DNA of 64,000 bases from Eledone cirrhosa (Eukaryota), in NCBI GenBank assembly GCA_964016885.1, contig OZ024743.1:324694001-324758000 (forward strand), written 5' to 3'. Every line of letters starts with the position of its first letter. The stretch's first letter is position 1. The notes below the pieces were generated by a model. The model was not told the DNA's origin. It ran no database searches and was given only the letters and a program-made list of their open reading frames with translations. A program made the position numbers and the translations under genes. Of the stretch, positions 1-16,115 are shown piece by piece.

Positions 1-3000
1 CCAATATCAGAAGTACTACAACCACTACCAATATCACAAGTACTACCACCACTACCAATACCACAAGTACTACCACCACTACCAATACCACTACCAATAC
101 CACAACAACTACCACCACTACCAATACCATAAGTACTACCACCACTACCAATACCACTAGTACTACCACCACTACCAATACCACTAGTACTACCACCACT
201 ACCAATACCACAAGTACTACCACCACTACCAATATCACAAGTACTACCACTACTACCAATACCACTAGTACTACCACCACTACCAATATCACAAGTACTA
301 CCACCACTACCAATACCACAAGTACTACCACCACTACCAATACCACAAGTACTACCACCACTACCAATACCACAAGTACTACCACCACTACCAATACTAC
401 AAGTTCTACCACCACTACCAATATCACAAGTACTACCACCACTACCAATACCACAAGTACTACCACCACTACTAATATCACAAGTACTACCACCACTACA
501 AATACCACAAGTGCTACCACCACTACCAATACCACAAGTACTACCACCACTACCAATACCACAAGTACTATCACCACTACCAATGCCACAAGTACTACCA
601 CCACTACCAGTACCACAAGTACTACCACCACTACCAATACCACTAGTACTACCACCACTACCTATGCCACAAGTACTACCACCACTACCAGTACCACAAG
701 TACTACCACCACTAACAATACCCCAAGTACTACAACCACTACCAATACCACAAGTACTACCACCACTCCCAATATCACAAGTACTACCACCACTACCAAT
801 ACCACTAGTACTACCACCACTACCAATATCACAAGTACTACCACCACTACCAATACCACAAGTACTACCACCACTACCAATACCACAAGTACTACCACCA
901 CTACCAATACTACAAGTACTACCACCACTACCAATATCACAAGTACTACAACCACTACCAATACCACAAGTACTACCACCACTACTAATATCACAAGTAC
1001 TACCACCACTACAAATACCACAAGTACTACCACCACTACCAATACCACAAGTACTACCACCACTACCAATAAAACAAGTACTATCACCACTACCAATGCC
1101 ACAAGTACTACCATCACTAACAATACCACAAGTACTACAACCACTAACAATACCACAAGTACTACCACCACTACCAATATCACAAGTACTACCAACACTA
1201 CCAATACCACTACCAATATCACAAGTACTACCGCCACTACCAATACCACAAGTACTACCACCACTACCAATACCACAAGTACTACCACCACTACCAATAT
1301 CACAAGTACTACCACCACTACCAATACCACAGGTACTACCAGCACTACTAATATCACAAGTACTACCACCACTACCAATACCACAAGTACTACCACCACT
1401 ACCAATACCACAAGTACTACCACCACTACCAATACCACAAGTACTACCACCACTACCAATATCACAAGTACTACCACCACTACCAATACCACAGGTACTA
1501 CCAGCACTACTAATATCACAAGTACTACCACCACTACTAATACCACTAGTACTAGCACCACTACCAATATCACAAGTACTCCCACCACTACCAATACCAG
1601 AAGTACTACCACCACTACCAATATCAGAAGTACTACAACCACTACCAATATCACAAGTACTATCACCACTACCAATACCACTAGTACTATCACCACTACC
1701 AATACCACAAGTACTACCACCACTACCAATACTACAAGTACTACCACCACTACCAATATCACAAGTACTACCACCACTACCAATACCACAAGTACTACCA
1801 CCACTACCAGTATCACAAGTACTACCACCACTACCAATACCACAAGTACTACCACCACTACCAATATCAGAAGTACTACCACCACTACCAATACCACTAC
1901 CAATACCACTACCAATACCACAAGTACTACCAGCACTACCAATACCACAAGTACTACCACCACTACCAATACCACAAGTAGTCCCACCACTACCAATACC
2001 ACAAGTACTACCACCACTACCTATACCACAAGTACTACCACCACTACGAATAACACAAGTACTACCACCACTACTAATATCACAAGTACTACCACCACTA
2101 CCAATAACACAAGTACTACCACCACTACCAATACCACAAGTACTACCACCACTACCAATACCACAAGTACTACCACCACTACCAATACTACAAGTTCTAC
2201 CACCACTACCAATATCACAAGTACTACCACCACTACCAATACCACAAGTACTACCACCACTACTAATATCACAAGTACTACCACCACTACAAATACCACA
2301 AGTGCTACCACCACTACCAATACCACAAGTACTACCACCACTACCAATACCACAAGTACTACCACCACTACCAATACCACAAGTACTACCACCACTACCA
2401 ATACTACAAGTTCTACCACCACTACCAATACCACAAGTACTACCACCACTACCAATATCAGAAGTACTACAACCACTACCAATATCACAAGTACTACCAC
2501 CACTACCAATACCACAAGTACTACCACCACTACCAATACCACTACCAATACCACAAGTACTACCACCACTACCAATACTACAAGTTCTACCACCACTACC
2601 AATACCACAAGTACTACCACCACTACCAATATCAGAAGTACTACAACCACTACCAATATCACAAGTACTACCACCACTACCAATACCACAAGTACTACCA
2701 CCACTACCAATACCACTACCAATACCACAAGAACTACCACCACTACCAATACCATAAGTACTACCACCACTACCAATACCACAAGTACTACCACCACTAC
2801 CAATATCACAAGTACTACCACTACTACCAATACCACTAGTACTACCACCACTACCAATATCACAAGTACTACCACCACTACCAATACCACAAGTACTACC
2901 ACCACTACCAATACCACAAGTACTACCACCACTACCAATACCACAAGTACTACCACCACTACCAATACCACTACCAATACCACAAGAACTACCACCACTA

Positions 3001-6000
3001 CCAATACCATAAGTACTACCACCACTACCAATACCACAAGTACTACCACCACTACCAATATCACAAGTACTACCACTACTACCAATACCACTAGTACTAC
3101 CACCACTACCAATATCACAAGTACTACCACCACTACCAATAACACAAGTACTACCACCACTACCAATACCACAAGTACTACCACCACTACCAATACCACA
3201 AGTACTACCACCACTACCAATGCCACAAGTACTACCACCACTACCAGTACCACAAGTACTACCACCACTACCAATACCACTAGTACTACCACCACTACCT
3301 ATGCCACAAGTACTACCACCACTACCAGTACCACAAGTACTACCACCACTAACAATACCCCAAGTACTACAACCACTACCAATACCACAAGTACTACCAC
3401 CACTCCCAATATCACAAGTACTACCACCACTACCAATACCACTAGTACTACCACCACTACCAATATCACAAGTACTACCACCACTACCAATACCACAAGT
3501 ACTACCACCACTACCAATACCACATGTACTACCACCACTACCAGTACCACAAGTACTACCACCACTACCAATACCACAAGTACTACCACCACTAACAATA
3601 CCCCAAGTACTACAACAACTACCAATACCACTACCAATACCACAAGTACTACCACCACTACCAATACCATAAGTACTACCAATACCACAAGTACTACCAC
3701 CACTACCAATACCACAAGTACTACCACCACTACCAATATCAGAAGTACTACCACCACTACCAATACCACTACCAATACCACAAGTACTACCAGCACTACC
3801 AATACCACAAGTACTACCACCACTACCAATACCACAAGTAGTCCCACCACTACCAATACCACAAGTACTCCCACCACTACCTACACCACAAGTACTACCA
3901 CCACTACGAATACCACAAGTACTACCACCACTACTAATATCACAAGTACTACCACCACTACCAATAACACAAGTACTACCACCACTACCAATATCACAAG
4001 TACTACCACCACTACCAGTACCACAAGTACTACCACCACTACCAAAAACAAAAGTACCACCACCACTACCAATACCGCAAGTTCTACCACCACTACCAAT
4101 ATCACAAGTACTACCACCACTACCAATACCATAAGTACTACCACCACTACCAATATCACAAGTACTACCACCACTACTAATACCACTTGTACTACCACCA
4201 CTACCAATATCACAAGTACTCCCACCACTACCAATACCACAAGTACTACCACCACTACCAAAAACAAAAGTACCACCACCACTACCAATACCGCAAGTTC
4301 TGCCACCACTACCAAAACCACAAGTACTACCACCACTACCAATATCACAAGTACTACCACCACTACTAATACCACTTGTACTACCACCACTACCAATATC
4401 ACAAGTACTCCCACCACTACCAATGCAACAAGTACTATCACCACTACCAGTGCCACAAGTACTACCACCACTACTAATATCACAAGTACTACCACCACTA
4501 CCCATAACACAAGTACTACCACCACTACCAATACCACAAGTACTACCACCACTACCAATACCACAAGTACTATCACCACTACCAATGCCACAAGTACTAC
4601 CACCACTACCAATATCAGAAGTACTACAACCACTACCAATATCACAAGTACTACCACCACTACCAATACCACAAGTACTACCACCACTACCAATACCACA
4701 AGTACTACCACCACTACCAATACCACTACCAATACCACAAGAACTACCACCACTACCAATACCATAAGTACTACCACCACTACCAATACCACAAGTACTA
4801 CCACCACTACCAATACCACTACCAATACCACAAGAACTACCACCACTACCAATACCATAAGTACTACCACCACTACCAATACCACTAGTACTACCACCAC
4901 TACCAATACCACTAGTACTACCACCACTACCAATACCACAAGTACTACCACCACTACCAATATCACAAGTACTACCACTACTACCAATACCACTAGTACT
5001 ACCACCACTACCAATATCACAAGTACTACCACCACTACCAATACCACAAGTACTACCACCACTACCAATACCACAAGTACTACCACCACTACCAATACCA
5101 CAAGTACTACCACCACTACCAATACTACAAGTTCTACCACCACTACCAATATCACAAGTACTACCACCACTACCAATACCACAAGTACTACCACCACTAC
5201 TAATATCACAAGTACTACCACCACTACAAATACCACAAGTGCTACCACCACTACCAATACCACAAGTACTACCACCACTACCAATACCACAAGTACTATC
5301 ACCACTACCAATGCCACAAGTACTACCACCACTACCAGTACCACAAGTACTACCACCACTACCAATACCACTAGTACTACCACCACTACCTATGCCACAA
5401 GTACTACCACCACTACCAGTACCACAAGTACTACCACCACTAACAATACCCCAAGTACTACAACCACTACCAATACCACTACCAATACCACAAGTACTAC
5501 CACCACTACCAATACCATAAGTACTACCAACACTACCAATACCACAAGTACTACCACCACTACCAATACCACAAGTACTACCACCACTACCAATATCAGA
5601 AGTACTACCACCACTACCAATACCACTAGTACTACCACCACTACCTATGCCACAAGTACTACCACCACTACCAGTACCACAAGTACTACCACCACTAACA
5701 ATACCCCAAGTACTACAACCACTACCAATACCACTACCAATACCACAAGTACTACCAGCACTACCAATACCACAAGTACTACCACCACTACCAATACCAC
5801 AAGTAGTCCCACCACTACCAATACCACAAGTACTACCACCACTACCTATACCACAAGTACTACCACCACTACCAATACCACAAGTACTACCACCACTACT
5901 AATATCACAAGTACTACCACCACTACCAATAACACAAGTACTACCACCACTACCAATATCACAAGTACTACCACCACTACCAATATCACAAGTACTACCA

Positions 6001-9000
6001 CCACTACCAATACCACAAGTACTACCACCACTACCAGTACCACTTATACTACCACCACTACCAATATCACAAGTACTCCCACCACTACCAATACCACAAG
6101 TACTACCACCACTACCAATATCAGAAGTACTACAACCACTACCAATACCACAAGTACTACCACCACTACCAAAAACAAAAGTACCACCACCACTACCAAT
6201 ACCGCAAGTTCTACCACCACTACCAATATCACAAGTACTACCACCACTACCAAAACCACAAGTACTACCACCACTACCAATATCACAAGTACTACCACCA
6301 CTACTAATACCACTTGTACTACCACCACTACCAATATCACAAGTACTCCCACCACTACCAATACCACAAGTACTACCACCACTACCAATATCAGAAGTAC
6401 TACAACCACTACCAATACCACAAGTACTACCACCAATACCAATACCACAAGTACTACCACCACTACCAATATCAGAAGTACTACCACCACTACCAATACC
6501 ACTACCAATACCACAAGTACTACCACCACTACCAATACCACAAGTACTACCACCACTACCAATACCACAAGTACTACCACCACTACCAATACCACTAGTA
6601 CTACCACCACTACCAATACCACTAGTACTACCACCACTACCAATGCCACAAGTACTACCACCACTAACAATATCACAAGTACTACCACCACTACCAATAC
6701 CACTACCAATACCACAAGAACTACCACCACTACCAATACCATAAGTACTACCACCACTACCAATACCACTAGTACTACCACCACTACCAATACCACTAGT
6801 ACTACCACCACTACCAATACCACAAGTACTACCTCCACTACCAATACCACAAGTACTACCACCACTACCAATACCACTAGTACTACCACCACTACCAATA
6901 CCACTAGTACTACCACCACTACCAATACCACAAGTACTACCACCACTACCAATACCACAAGTAGTCCCACCACTACCAATACCACAAGTACTACCACCAC
7001 TACCTATACCACAAGTACTACCACCACTACTAATATCACAAGTACTACCACCACTACCAATAACACAAGTACTACCACCACTACCAATATCACAAGTACT
7101 ACCACCACTACCAATACCACAAGTACTACCACCACTACCAATACCACAAGTAGTCCCACCACTACCAATACCACAAGTACTACCACCACTACCTATACCA
7201 CAAGTACTACCACCACTACTAATATCACAAGTACTACCACCACTACCAATAACACAAGTACTACCACCACTACCAGTACCACAAGTACTACCACCACTAC
7301 CAAAAACAAAAGTACCACCACCACTACCAATACCGCAAGTTCTACCACCACTACCAATATCACAAGTACTACCACCACTACCAATACCATAAGTACTACC
7401 ACCACTACCAATATCACAAGTACTACCACCACTACTAATACCACTTGTACTACCACCACTACCAATATCACAAGTACTCCCACCACTACCAATGCAACAA
7501 GTACTATCACCACTACCAGTGCCACAAGTACTACCACCACTACTAATATCACAAGTACTACCACCACTACCCATAACACAAGTACTACCACCACTACCAA
7601 TACCACAAGTACTACCACCACTACCAATACCACAAGTACTATCACCACTACCAATGCCACAAGTACTACCACCACTACCAATATCAGAAGTACTACAACC
7701 ACTACCAATATCACAAGTACTACCACCACTACCAATACCACAAGTACTACCACCACTACCAATACCACAAGTACTACCACCACTACCAATACCACTACCA
7801 ATACCACAAGAACTACCACCACTACCAATACCATAAGTACTACCACCACTACCAATACCACAAGTACTACCACCACTACCAATACCACTACCAATACCAC
7901 AAGAACTACCACCACTACCAATACCATAAGTACTACCACCACTACCAATACCACTAGTACTACCACCACTACCAATACCACTAGTACTACCACCACTACC
8001 AATACCACAAGTACTACCACCACTACCAATATCACAAGTACTACCACTACTACCAATACCACTAGTACTACCACCACTACCAATATCACAAGTACTACCA
8101 CCACTACCAATACCACAAGTACTACCACCACTACCAATACCACAAGTACTACCACCACTACCAATACCACAAGTACTACCACCACTACCAATACTACAAG
8201 TTCTACCACCACTACCAATATCACAAGTACTACCACCACTACCAATACCACAAGTACTACCACCACTACTAATATCACAAGTACTACCACCACTACAAAT
8301 ACCACAAGTGCTACCACCACTACCAATACCACAAGTACTACCACCACTACCAATACCACAAGTACTATCACCACTACCAATGCCACAAGTACTACCACCA
8401 CTACCAGTACCACAAGTACTACCACCACTACCAATACCACTAGTACTACCACCACTACCTATGCCACAAGTACTACCACCACTACCAGTACCACAAGTAC
8501 TACCACCACTAACAATACCCCAAGTACTACAACCACTACCAATACCACTACCAATACCACAAGTACTACCACCACTACCAATACCATAAGTACTACCAAC
8601 ACTACCAATACCACAAGTACTACCACCACTACCAATACCACAAGTACTACCACCACTACCAATATCAGAAGTACTACCACCACTACCAATACCACTAGTA
8701 CTACCACCACTACCTATGCCACAAGTACTACCACCACTACCAGTACCACAAGTACTACCACCACTAACAATACCCCAAGTACTACAACCACTACCAATAC
8801 CACTACCAATACCACAAGTACTACCAGCACTACCAATACCACAAGTACTACCACCACTACCAATACCACAAGTAGTCCCACCACTACCAATACCACAAGT
8901 ACTACCACCACTACCTATACCACAAGTACTACCACCACTACCAATACCACAAGTACTACCACCACTACTAATATCACAAGTACTACCACCACTACCAATA

Positions 9001-12000
9001 ACACAAGTACTACCACCACTACCAATATCACAAGTACTACCACCACTACCAATATCACAAGTACTACCACCACTACCAATACCACAAGTACTACCACCAC
9101 TACCAGTACCACTTATACTACCACCACTACCAATATCACAAGTACTCCCACCACTACCAATACCACAAGTACTACCACCACTACCAATATCAGAAGTACT
9201 ACAACCACTACCAATACCACAAGTACTACCACCACTACCAAAAACAAAAGTACCACCACCACTACCAATACCGCAAGTTCTACCACCACTACCAATATCA
9301 CAAGTACTACCACCACTACCAAAACCACAAGTACTACCACCACTACCAATATCACAAGTACTACCACCACTACTAATACCACTTGTACTACCACCACTAC
9401 CAATATCACAAGTACTCCCACCACTACCAATACCACAAGTACTACCACCACTACCAATATCAGAAGTACTACAACCACTACCAATACCACAAGTACTACC
9501 ACCAATACCAATACCACAAGTACTACCACCACTACCAATATCAGAAGTACTACCACCACTACCAATACCACTACCAATACCACAAGTACTACCACCACTA
9601 CCAATACCACAAGTACTACCACCACTACCAATACCACAAGTACTACCACCACTACCAATACCACTAGTACTACCACCACTACCAATACCACTAGTACTAC
9701 CACCACTACCAATGCCACAAGTACTACCACCACTAACAATATCACAAGTACTACCACCACTACCAATACCACTACCAATACCACAAGAACTACCACCACT
9801 ACCAATACCATAAGTACTACCACCACTACCAATACCACTAGTACTACCACCACTACCAATACCACTAGTACTACCACCACTACCAATACCACAAGTACTA
9901 CCTCCACTACCAATACCACAAGTACTACCACCACTACCAATACCACTAGTACTACCACCACTACCAATACCACTAGTACTACCACCACTACCAATACCAC
10001 AAGTACTACCACCACTACCAATACCACAAGTAGTCCCACCACTACCAATACCACAAGTACTACCACCACTACCTATACCACAAGTACTACCACCACTACT
10101 AATATCACAAGTACTACCACCACTACCAATAACACAAGTACTACCACCACTACCAATATCACAAGTACTACCACCACTACCAATACCACAAGTACTACCA
10201 CCACTACCAATACCACAAGTAGTCCCACCACTACCAATACCACAAGTACTACCACCACTACCTATACCACAAGTACTACCACCACTACTAATATCACAAG
10301 TACTACCACCACTACCAATAACACAAGTACTACCACCACTACCAGTACCACAAGTACTACCACCACTACCAAAAACAAAAGTACCACCACCACTACCAAT
10401 ACCGCAAGTTCTACCACCACTACCAATATCACAAGTACTACCACCACTACCAATACCATAAGTACTACCACCACTACCAATATCACAAGTACTACCACCA
10501 CTACTAATACCACTTGTACTACCACCACTACCAATATCACAAGTACTCCCACCACTACCAATACCACAAGTACTACCACCACTACCAAAAACAAAAGTAC
10601 CACCACCACTACCAATACCGCAAGTTCTACCACCACTACCAAAACCACAAGTACTACCACCACTACCAATATCACAAGTACTACCACCACTACTAATACC
10701 ACTTGTACTACCACCACTACCAATATCACAAGTACTCCCACCACTACCAATGCAACAAGTACTATCACCACTACCAGTGCCACAAGTACTACCACCACTA
10801 CCAATACCACAAGTACTACCACCACTACCTATACCACAAGTACTACCACCACTACTAATATCACAAGTACTACCACCACTACCAATACCACAAGTACTAC
10901 CACCACTACCAATACCACAAGTACTACCACCACTACAAATACCACTGGTACTACCACCACTACTAATATCACAAGTACTACCAGCACTACCAATAACACA
11001 AGTACTACCACCACTACCAATACCATAAGTACTACCACCACTACCAATACCACAGGTACTACCAGCACTACTAATATCACAAGTACTACCACCACTACCA
11101 ATACCACAAGTACTACCACCACTACCAATATCAGAAGTACTACAACCACTACCAATATCACAAGTACTACCACCACTACCAATACCACAAGTACTACCAC
11201 CACTACCAATACCACAAGTACTACCACCACTACCAATACCTCTAGTACTACCACCACTACCAATACCACAAGTACTACCACCACTACCAATACCACTAGT
11301 ACTACCACCACTACCAATACCACAAGTACTACCACCACTCCCAATATCACAAGTACTACCACCACTACCACTACCACTAGTACTACCACCACTACCAATA
11401 TCACAAGTACTACCACCACTACCAATACCACAAGTACTACCACCACTACCAATACCACAAGTACTACCACCACTACCAATACTACAAGTACTACCACCAC
11501 TACCAATATCACAAGTACTACAACCACTACCAATACCACAAGTACTACCACCACTACTAATATCACAAGTACTACCACCACTACAAATATCACAAGTACT
11601 ACCACCACTACCAATGCCACAAGTACTACCATCACTAACAATACCACAAGTACTACCACCACTACCAATACCACAAGTACTACCATCACTAACAATACCA
11701 CAAGTACTACCACCACTAACAATACCACAAGTACTACCATCACTAACAATACCACAAGTACTACCACCACTACCAATATCACAAGTACTTCCACCACTAC
11801 CAATACCACTACCAATACCACAAGTACTACCACCACTACCAATACCATAAGTACTACCACCACTACCAATACCACAAGTACTACCACCACTACCAATATC
11901 ACAAGTACTACCACCACTACCAATACCATAAGTACTACCACCACTACCAATACCACAAGTACTACCACCACTACCAATATCACAAGTACTACCACCACTA

Positions 12001-12631
12001 CCTATACCATAAGTACTACCAGCACTACTAATATCACAAGTACTACCACCACTACCAATACCATAAGTACTACCACCACTACCAATACCACTAGTACTAC
12101 CACCACTACCAATACCACTAGTACTACCACCACTACCAATACCACAAGTACTACCACCACTACCAATACCACAAGTACTACCACCACTACCAATACCACT
12201 AGTACTACCACCACTACCAATACCACAAGTACTATCACCACTACCAATGCCACAAGTACTACCACCACTACCAATACCACATGTACTACCACCACTACCA
12301 ATACCACTAGTACTACCACCACTACCAATACCACTAGTACTACCACCACTACCAATACCACTAGTACTACCACCACTACCAATACCACTAGTACTACCAC
12401 CCACTACCAATATCAGAAGTACTACCACCACTACCAATATCACAAGTACTACCACCACTACCAATACCACAAGTACTACCACCACTACTAATATCACAAG
12501 TACTGCCACCACTACAAATACCACAAGTACTACCACCACTACTAATATCACAAGTACTGCCACCACTACCAATACCACAAGTACTACCACCACTACCAAT
12601 ACCACAAGTACTACCACCACTACCAATACCA
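1..12631 (+). repeat. 27-bp tandem repeat array, consensus ACCAATACCACAAGTACTACCACCACT, with shorter variant units
   Basis: Unit is directly visible throughout. The Pro/Leu-rich (+1 frame) and Val-rich (minus strand) ORFs in the track are alternative-frame readings of it. Confidence 0.98.
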
Positions 12632-12714
12632 CCATTATTGCAGTTATTGCAACTATTGCCACATCTATCACTCCCCACCACCAGCACCACCAACACACCA
12701 CCGCACCACCCTAG
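3..12714 (+). CDS. Putative mucin-like Thr-rich (PTS) coding exon, (TTTTTNTTS)n, 5' end outside the window; 1-bp frameshift near 12400
   Basis: Frame +3 reads N-I/T-T-S-T-T-T-T-T and no stop was seen up to TAA at 12489-12491. All the +1-frame Pro ORFs (511 to 12247) share one phase, so frame is kept over 12.4 kb. After the extra C near 12400 the Thr frame continues to ...TTIIAVIATIATSITPHHQHHQHTTAPP* at 12714. No start codon or splice site identified. Confidence 0.55.
4322..10560 (+). repeat. Higher-order tandem duplication, period 3,069 bp
   Basis: Identical ORF pairs offset by exactly 3069: 4423/7492, 5239/8308, 5647/8716, 6044/9113, 7004/10073. Confidence 0.9.
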
Positions 12715-13004
12715 CTCAACCACCACCTCCACAACCACACACCCACCACCACCACCTCCTCAGCCCCACACCATTCACCACATCTAAATTCCGCTGGTGT
12801 TAACCTTGTCTTTCATTGTTCAGCTTCACTAAATGTTCGCCCAACAGTCAATATATTGTGAGTTGAACTCAATGACTCTCGTATCCATTTCGGTAGTGCG
12901 CGTCCTGGGTTCAAACTCCGCGTCTAGGGTTCAAACTCCGCGTCCTGCCTCCAGAAAAAGGATGACAGGATTGATGTGGGACTCCTATCATAATAGTTTC
13001 CGAT

Positions 13005-13145
13005 TTAGGCACCAGGCCAACAATTTTAGGGGAAGGGGAAACTCGAGTAAATTGACGCCAGTGTATTACTGGTACTTTATTTTATCGACCCCGTAAGGAT
13101 GAAAGGCAAAGTTAACCTCGGCGGGATTTGAACTCAGAACGTAAA
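13005..13145 (-). mobile_element. tRNA-derived SINE fragment (Meta-domain-like core)
   Basis: Minus strand reads GTTCTGAGTTCAAATCCCGCCGAGG (B box) then GCCTTTCATCCTTACGGGGTCGATAAAATAAAGTACCAGT. Related copies at about 34345 and 51530. Confidence 0.7.
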
Positions 13146-13194
13146 GTGCCGTAACTCTATACCACGTTATTAAATCAACCAAATGGAAATTTCT

Positions 13195-13266
13195 GATAAA
13201 TTGAATTGAAAACCACAGGTGCGTATGTTTGTTATGGCAACATGACAGCATGACCCTCTCGAATGA

Positions 13267-13271
<5 letters not shown>
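13195..13271 (+). mobile_element. Isolated PLE pLTR 3'-end fragment related to the element at 19732-23563
   Basis: GGTGCGTATGTTTGTTATGGCAACATGAC...CATGACCCTCTC resembles 23459-23495 (GGTGCGTGTGTTTCTTATTGGCAACATGACCCTCCC), and both are followed by (TA)n. Confidence 0.55.
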
Positions 13272-13313
<42 letters not shown>

Positions 13314-13340
13314 TAATATATATACACTAATATATATACA

Positions 13341-13387
<47 letters not shown>

Positions 13388-13451
13388 TGTATATATATAT
13401 ACTGTATATATATACACTAATATATATACACTAATATATATATATACTTTG

Positions 13452-13501
<50 letters not shown>

Positions 13502-13505
<4 letters not shown>

Positions 13506-14690
13506 AAGTGCCGAGGTTTGTGATCTGGTCGGCCTATTCCTCTTACATATACTTAAAGAAAAATTTCCTAACCATATTTTTGGGCTTTATCGCGATGATG
13601 GTCTAATACTTTCCCATACCACCATAGGCCATAACTTAGATAGATTTAGGAAAGACTTAATAAAAACCTTTGCTAGTTTTAATCTTAAAATTACTATTGA
13701 TACTAACCTTTCCAACGTAGATTTCCTAGATATTAACTTAGATTTGCCTACTGCTTCTTATAAACCATACCATAAACCTAATGAAAACTTAAAATATATA
13801 AATAAAGGATCTTGCCATCCACCTATAGTTTTTAAAAACCTTATCCCTAATATTAGCCGTAGGATCTCCACCCTCTCTTCATCAGAAGCTATTTTCAATA
13901 AGGCATCCCCCTACTATAATAAAACCCTCCAAAATAGCGGTTTTAGCGAACCGATTAAATACATACCTAACTACACTAACTCTATTAAACATAAAAATAG
14001 GAAAAGAAAAATAATCTGGTTCACACCCCCTACTCTCTAGCAGTTAAAACTAATGTAGGCAAAACATTCCTAGAACTCCTAGATAAACATTTCCCTAGAA
14101 CACATAGATACTATAAGATCTTTAACAGAAACTGTGTTAAAATTAGCTATTCCTGCGGTCCCCCTATTAAGTCCTATATCCTCAACAAAACATCACCTAG
14201 AGAAAATCAAACTTGCTCCTGTAGAATCAAAAGTGAATGCCCATTAAAAGGTAAATGCAACACCAAAGCCATTGTATATGCGGCTAATGTGACAACTATC
14301 AGCAACAACCATCCAGTCACCAGTGAACGATATGTGGGTATGACGCAAGACAAATTCAAAACGCGTTATTACTCACATGTCGCATCCTTTCGACATCCAG
14401 AAAAAAGATTTACAACAGCTCTGGCTAGCAGAATCTGGGATTTGAAAGACCAAGGCATCCAATATAAACTAGATTGGTCAATTTTGAACCAATCTAAAAA
14501 ATATGCTAGAGGAACAAGAAAATGCACGCTCTGCATAAATGAAAAATTTTGGATATTGCAAAATCTCAAATCACCAAAGACCTGCCTGAACACAAAGACG
14601 GAAATTTTTACCAGTTGTCCACACATGAAATCACACCTGCTTTCCAGCTCATATAAACTTAACACACTTTCAGACACTTATCCTCCATAA
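13502..14690 (+). pseudogene. 5'-truncated Penelope-like retroelement ORF (RT C-half plus GIY-YIG endonuclease), Naiad-like
   Basis: [18 protein letters not shown] and DFLDI motifs. A 1-bp frameshift in the C-run at 14026-14030 restores WFTPPYS...KISYSC...CSC..ECPLKGKC..IVY..YVGMT..FKTRYYSH..CTLC..CPH. Clade assignment is inference. Confidence 0.88.
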
Positions 14691-14914
14691 ACTCTGATTA
14701 TTCTCTTTTTAATTACCCTTTCTGACTTACTTTCATTCTTATCCTTGTCGATAATTTCATTTATTTTCACTTTTATTTTTGCGCAGCCTATCTTACAATT
14801 TTATATTTGTATTTATTTAGCCACATTTCAATATGGCTGAACGCCTTAATGTGTGTATACTTTTTTTATATATGTACATGAGTGACTACGTATGTGCGCG
14901 CGCGTGCGTGCATG

Positions 14915-14967
<53 letters not shown>

Positions 14968-15753
14968 GTGTATGTATGCGTGTGTGTACTGGTGTTTGTG
15001 TGTGTGCGCGTGTGTATATTATGCGTATGTGTAAGTGTCTTTATATCCGTGTTTTTGACATTTCGGTTTTATATTTTTTTGTTTCTTTTTCTCCCCCCCC
15101 CCCCCCCCTTCCCTCTTTTGTTACTTACCCAGTTTCATACATGGGCATGCAAACAGGTTTATATGCGCGAGTATATGTGTGTGTGTGTGTGTATGTACGT
15201 ATCGAACGTATGGAAGTGTAAGCGCGCGTGTGTATATAAGCATAATTATTTTTACATTTCTTTTGTGAGACACGCGTGTCTGTGTATGTATGTACCCCCG
15301 CTTTTTTTGTTTTCTTTAATTTTTTCTTTCTATCTTGTCTTTCTAATTTATCGTTACTATATTTTTATAAATATATCGTAATAGATACTTTTCTTTTATT
15401 TATTATACTCTCTTCATCTCCTTACTTTCCGTATCTAAATGTACGAGTGTCCAGGCGTTTTTATGCGCGCGACTTTATTTTCTTATTTTTACGAAGTAAC
15501 CATTTCCGTCTGCATAATACAGACATATAGATACATTTGCCCTAAATTTTTATAATTACACACACTTTCTAACCATACATTTACACGTGCACATATACAT
15601 ATATGCACATCTATGAGCGTATATACATACACATACACACACCTAACTATTTTTCTTGATAGATTTTTATATATTTCAATTTCTATTTCATTTATCTATA
15701 TATTTTTTTGCTTTTCTTGATGTGTTTTTCTAAGTATTTGCCCATGTTTTATA

Positions 15754-15829
15754 TTGCCTCGTCTGACGAACGAATGAAGTCGTTTATTTCGTATTCGCCT
15801 CATTCGGGAAACCTCTGGTAATGAGGTAA
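15754..15829 (+). ncRNA. Type I hammerhead ribozyme in PLE 3' pLTR
   Basis: Stem I TTGCCTCGT/ATGAGGTAA, core CTGACGA, stem II CGAATGA/TCATTCG (first pair A-G mismatch), GAAA, stem III CC/GG, GUA triplet. Confidence 0.75.
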
Positions 15830-15928
15830 TAATATTGTATTGATTTTATACATTAAATTTTGCTCTGATACTGACATAGAGCACTCTTCATTTCTATGAC
15901 CTTTTCTATTTCTAACTGAAATTTTAAT

Positions 15929-15967
<39 letters not shown>

Positions 15968-16030
15968 TGTGTATATATATATATATATATATATACTGTG
16001 TAAATGAATATATATATATATATATATATA

Positions 16031-16082
16031 CAGAATTAGCTGTCGAAACGGCTTGAGCTCAGCCGTCGGGGTCCTACTCGTT

Positions 16083-16115
<33 letters not shown>

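Noticed and set aside
511-12400. Pro/Leu-rich (+1), Val-rich (minus) and Tyr/His-rich ORFs as proteins
   Set aside because: They are alternative frames of the 27-bp repeat and are repeatedly broken by stops.
12898-12948. tRNA gene (GGTTCAAACTCC B box)
   Set aside because: It is a 20-bp tandem duplication with no cloverleaf, and is likely a SINE-head remnant.
13502-14690. Selenocysteine (UGA) recoding as described for some Naiad PLEs
   Set aside because: The SYSC and zinc-finger cysteines checked are TGC/TGT. The ORF break is a 1-bp frameshift, not an in-frame TGA.
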